From assembly GCF_963921235.1 (NCBI RefSeq), contig NC_086109.1, positions 2,296,001 to 2,360,000 of the forward strand: a stretch of 64,000 nt of DNA. The letters are read 5' to 3'. The first letter of the stretch is position 1. Every line of letters starts with the position of its first letter. This stretch comes from Mobula hypostoma. Taxonomy: Eukaryota. The position numbers and the translations under genes were made by a program. Shown one piece after another: positions 60,219 to 64,000 of this stretch. A model generated the notes under the pieces. The model worked only from the letters and a program-made list of their open reading frames with translations, had not been told where the DNA came from and did not search any database.

Positions 60219-62599
60219 ACAGGACAGGCAGCATAGAAAGCATTTTCTTAACTTTTTAATGCCCACACCCATTCCTATATAGCAAAGGGAATCATGTGGA
60301 TAAGGATGTGAAATAAATTAGGGGAAAATGGGTCACCTTGCTTAAACACAATCTGTTCCTGATAGGGGTAGATTCTGTCTTAGTCAATTTTCTGTTTTCA
60401 ATAGAAGTAATCAAGTTAGGAAGGACATTTAATAAGAAATTTTGAAAATAAACATGAACTTTTCTCACCTTTCCCTATCCTTCCCAAAGCTTTAAGAATA
60501 AGTCTACCACCTGTGGAGTCAAAATCCTTTGCTGAAATAATAACATCGATGGCTGGTCTTGGTTATTCCAGTTGTTATTGCTCTTGGACCCCATCATTAG
60601 ATTATTTAAAACTGCTTTGAAATCTGCCGGAATTGGCCAGAACAAAATGTTTGCAATCCTTCTTAATGTAGGTACATCAGATGTTCTACTGTATTTCATT
60701 ATTTTGTAAAAGTATGTATCTCAAGATAGTATATGGTAAAATATATTTCTACTTTGACAATAAATTTGCTTTGAACCCTTTATCAGATGTTGAAGGTGAA
60801 TATCTTACCAATTATTTTGCCGTTACCACGGTAACCACTCTCTGTAATAGAGACTAGGTCATAATGTGTGTCCAATTACCAATTTGCTGCATTTTCTTTG
60901 CATTATCTGACTTAAGAATGAGTATTCTCATTGATTGTAATATTAGGTGGTATTTTTTCTGCATTTTACTCAAAGGAGGAACATCCTGGCGAAAAGATTC
61001 ATGTCCATTTTATAAAGCTCGCTCAGTCTCTGACCACCTGCACAGGCCACAATATTATGTTTTGAAACCACTGATTGCATTTAAAACATGGGTCACATTA
61101 AATATTTTGAAAGATGTGAATTATTAGGCTTGGATATACTAGGGCTGAATTTGCTACTATCTGCCTTATTATAAACAGTGATTTTAAATGCAGCTCTAAG
61201 TTGTCTCTGCTGATTAGACAGCTCATCGGTGCATGAGCTGCCTGGCTAATCAATTCTCATTTCTGCTCTGTCCAGCTGGACTTGTGTGAGTGATAACAGC
61301 CAGGCAGCATCAGATGCTTGCTCTTGGAAATTATAGGCCACTCAAAAGGCCATGCATACCCTGATTATACTCACCCACATACAGTCAGAGCATGTGGAAC
61401 ATCCTGTTTTCCTTGCCAACAAGCAATTAAATCAGGATTAATGTATAAGATATCATAAGTAGAAGTGAATTTAAAAGAAGGCATTTATTTGCTGGGTATC
61501 AAATGTGCTTATATGTACCTTCAACTACAAAAGGAATTTGACGAAGTTTGGATTAAAGACTTTGCAAAGAAAGAAGGAAAAACTGGAGAGCTTACCCAGC
61601 CGAAATTAGCTTCAAAGTTTTGAAAGCTACCTATCCTCTTTTGTTGTAACGTGTGCCAGAGCTGACATTTTACCTGTGTGTTAGAAGTGGTTTTCAGATC
61701 CTGTCCTGATTCACGTTAATCCCTTTACTGATTGCACTGTTCTGAGTTCTCTTACAGCTGGATCAAACATATTCCAAAGACATTCAGGTCAGTCGGTTAA
61801 TTGGTCGTGTGGGTGTAATTGTGTGGCACAGGATCTTCGAGTCTAAATAAATAAATAAGTACAGTATTGAAGTACAAATATTGAAGCTGAATTAGGGCTC
61901 TAATCAATGTTATCACCATCTGGAGCTGAGTGTGAAAGGTGATGGCATTTGAGATGTTTTGAGCTCTATTTTCTTAATCCCCTATTTTTCTTCACCCTCT
62001 TTGAGATGGATGGCAAATTACACAATGTTCCGTTCTGCTGGGATTTTCCAGGATCTGGGCAGATGGTAAAGACAGTCCCTAATTCAGCTACGATAAGTGG
62101 TGTCACATTTTCTGGAATACTGAAAAGAGAGCTCAGTGTCAGAGGATCAAGCTCAAGTTCAAGTTTATTGTCAGCCATGCACACGTTGAATGAAGCTTTA
62201 TTCCTCTGGGGCAAAGGTGCAAAACACAATACATATAGTTGTAATAGAGCACATATGTTTATGATTAAAGCACATAGTTATGATCTAGAGCATATAGTTA
62301 CAATAAAGCACATATAGGTATGAAGCACAGTACAATCACAAAATAATATTAACACATCCCTGAGTGGCATGGTCTGAAGTTTGATGGTGCATGAGATGCT
62401 ATCTTACAGCCACGTTTCTGTGGGTATAAGCATACAGCAGTTCCTCATCTCATTCTTGCCAGGTCAGTTGCAGATGAAGGTAATCCAGTTTGTCTTCCAG
62501 GAAGTAAACATTAGAGAGCAGTATTAATGAGAGAGCCAGCCTGCAGGGCTTAGTCTCTTAACCCAACAAGCCTATAAGAAACCAACAAGCCTATAAGAA

Positions 62600-62990
62600 C
62601 CTATAAGAAGAGAAAAGATGAAATGTGAGGGCAAACTAGCCGATAATACAGAACAGGATAATAGATTTTTTTTTTAGTTATATAAGGGGTAAAAGGGAGC
62701 TGAGAGTTGATATTGGACCACTGGAAAATGATGCTGGTGAAGTAGTAATGGGGGACAAAGAAATGGCAGATAAGTACCTTACTTCAGTCTTTACTGTGGT
62801 CGACACTAGCTGTGTGATAGAGGTCCGTGTGTGTCAGGGAACAGGAGTGAGTATCATTGCTATTATAAGGGAAAAGGTGCTAGGCAAACTCAAATGTCTG
62901 AAGATGGATAAGTCACCTGGACCAGATGCAATACATCCCAGTTTCCTGAAAGAGGTTGCTGAAGAGATAACAGATGCATTGGTCATGATC
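62600..62990 (+). mobile_element. CR1 ORF2 internal fragment
   Basis: MGDKEMAD..SVFT..DKSPGPDAIHPSFLKEVAEEI. Confidence 0.85.
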
Positions 62991-63395
62991 TTTCTTTCTT
63001 TTTCAGTGTTTTTGTTGATTTCTAACATAAAAGGATACAGATTACAGTAAGATATATAATACATATTGATTACAATATATTGGAATTATAAACATAGTAC
63101 ATTACCCCATATCCGTATACATTAAATTTAAACATAATATTGAAAAGATATACTTTTATTATACAGAAAAACTCTAAACCCACTACCAGAAAAAAAAATA
63201 GCTGTTTGGTTAAAAAAAAAGAAAAGGAAAAAATCCTTATCATTTAATAAAACATATTGTTAGCCAACATCTGTGCTTAATAGCAAATCAAAGATTTTGA
63301 AAATAATTCAAAAAAGGTCCCCAGAATGTTAAAAAATCTTGTCTAGGTTCAGAAATTGAACGGCGAATCTTCTCTAAGTTTAAGTAATATATAAC
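62990..63395 (-). mobile_element. L1-clade LINE 3' end
   Basis: YLNLEKIRRSISEPRQDFLTFWGPFLNYF* resembles fish L1 ORF2 C-termini; T-rich 3'UTR and A-rich tail on minus. Confidence 0.7.
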
Positions 63396-64000
63396 ATAAA
63401 AACGGACTGTAAAAGCTTTTATAGATATGTAAAAAGGAAAAGACTGATAAAGACAAATGTAGGTCCCCTGCAAACAGAAACAGGTGAATTGATTATGGGG
63501 AGCAAGGACATGGCAGACCAATTGAATAATTACTTTGGTTCTGTCTTCACTAAGGAGGACATAAATAATCTTCCAGAAATAGTAAGGGACAGAGGGTCCA
63601 GTGAGATGGAGGAACTGAGCGAAATACATGTTAGTAGGGAAGTGGTGTTAGGTAAATTGAAGGGATTGAAGGCAGATAAATCCCCAGGGCCAGATGGTCT
63701 GCATCCCAGAGGGCTTAAGGAAGTGGCCCAAGAAATAGTGGATGCATTAGTGATAATTTTTCAAAACTCGTTAGATTCTGGACTAGTTCCTGAGGATTGG
63801 AGGGTGGCTAATGTAACCCCACTTTTTAAAAAAGGAGGGAGAGAGAAACCGGGGAATTATAGGCCGGTTAGCCTAACGTCGGTGGTGGGGAAACTGCTGG
63901 AGTCAGTTATCAAGGATGTGATAACAGCACATTTGGAAAGCGGTGAAATGATCGGACAAAGTCAGCATGGATTTGTGAAAGGAAAATCATGTCTGACGAA
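63395..64000 (+). mobile_element. Young CR1 ORF2 segment running off the window
   Basis: KSFYRYVKRKR..DKSPGPDGLHPR..PEDWRVANVTPLFKKG..NYRPVSLTSVVGK..QHGFVKGKSCLT. Confidence 0.92.

Noticed and set aside
60469..60699. Possible minus-strand exon with a good AG|GTGAG donor at 60468
   Set aside because: No recognisable protein similarity, stops in the longer frames and no partner exons identified; cannot be supported without transcript data.

Overview
Repeat-dense vertebrate genomic DNA, most likely from an elasmobranch (ray or shark). That assignment is inferred from HE1-type V-SINEs, abundant CR1 LINEs and the GPR139-like receptor subfamily. Three host genes can be reconstructed with GT-AG splice sites and phases that join in frame. 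Two are divergently transcribed two-exon GPR139/142-like class A GPCRs: 7043-6965 + 4845-3971 on the minus strand (317 aa) and 20489-20555 + 23522-24456 on the plus strand (333 aa). The third is a two-exon class I SAM-dependent methyltransferase, 41255-41693 + 57909-58093 (207 aa), with a 16.2-kb intron. The rest is mostly retroelements: CR1 (one near full length), Penelope-like elements (PLE) with minimal hammerhead ribozymes, Rex1/Babar, RTE, an L1-clade tail, solo LTRs, HE1-like SINEs and Tc1 remnants. Main leads: (1) an in-phase U-UUA-AAC slippery heptamer joins CR1 ORF1 to an ORF2 that has no usable ATG, a candidate -1 programmed frameshift; (2) a 4-kb inverted-repeat PLE insertion and a 179-bp miniature of the same design; (3) a nested PLE stack with a sense-strand ribozyme between the methyltransferase's apparent promoter and its ATG; (4) a CpG-undepleted domain over the GPCR pair. 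All repeat-family names come from motif recognition, not database searches, and the boundaries of degraded repeats are approximate.
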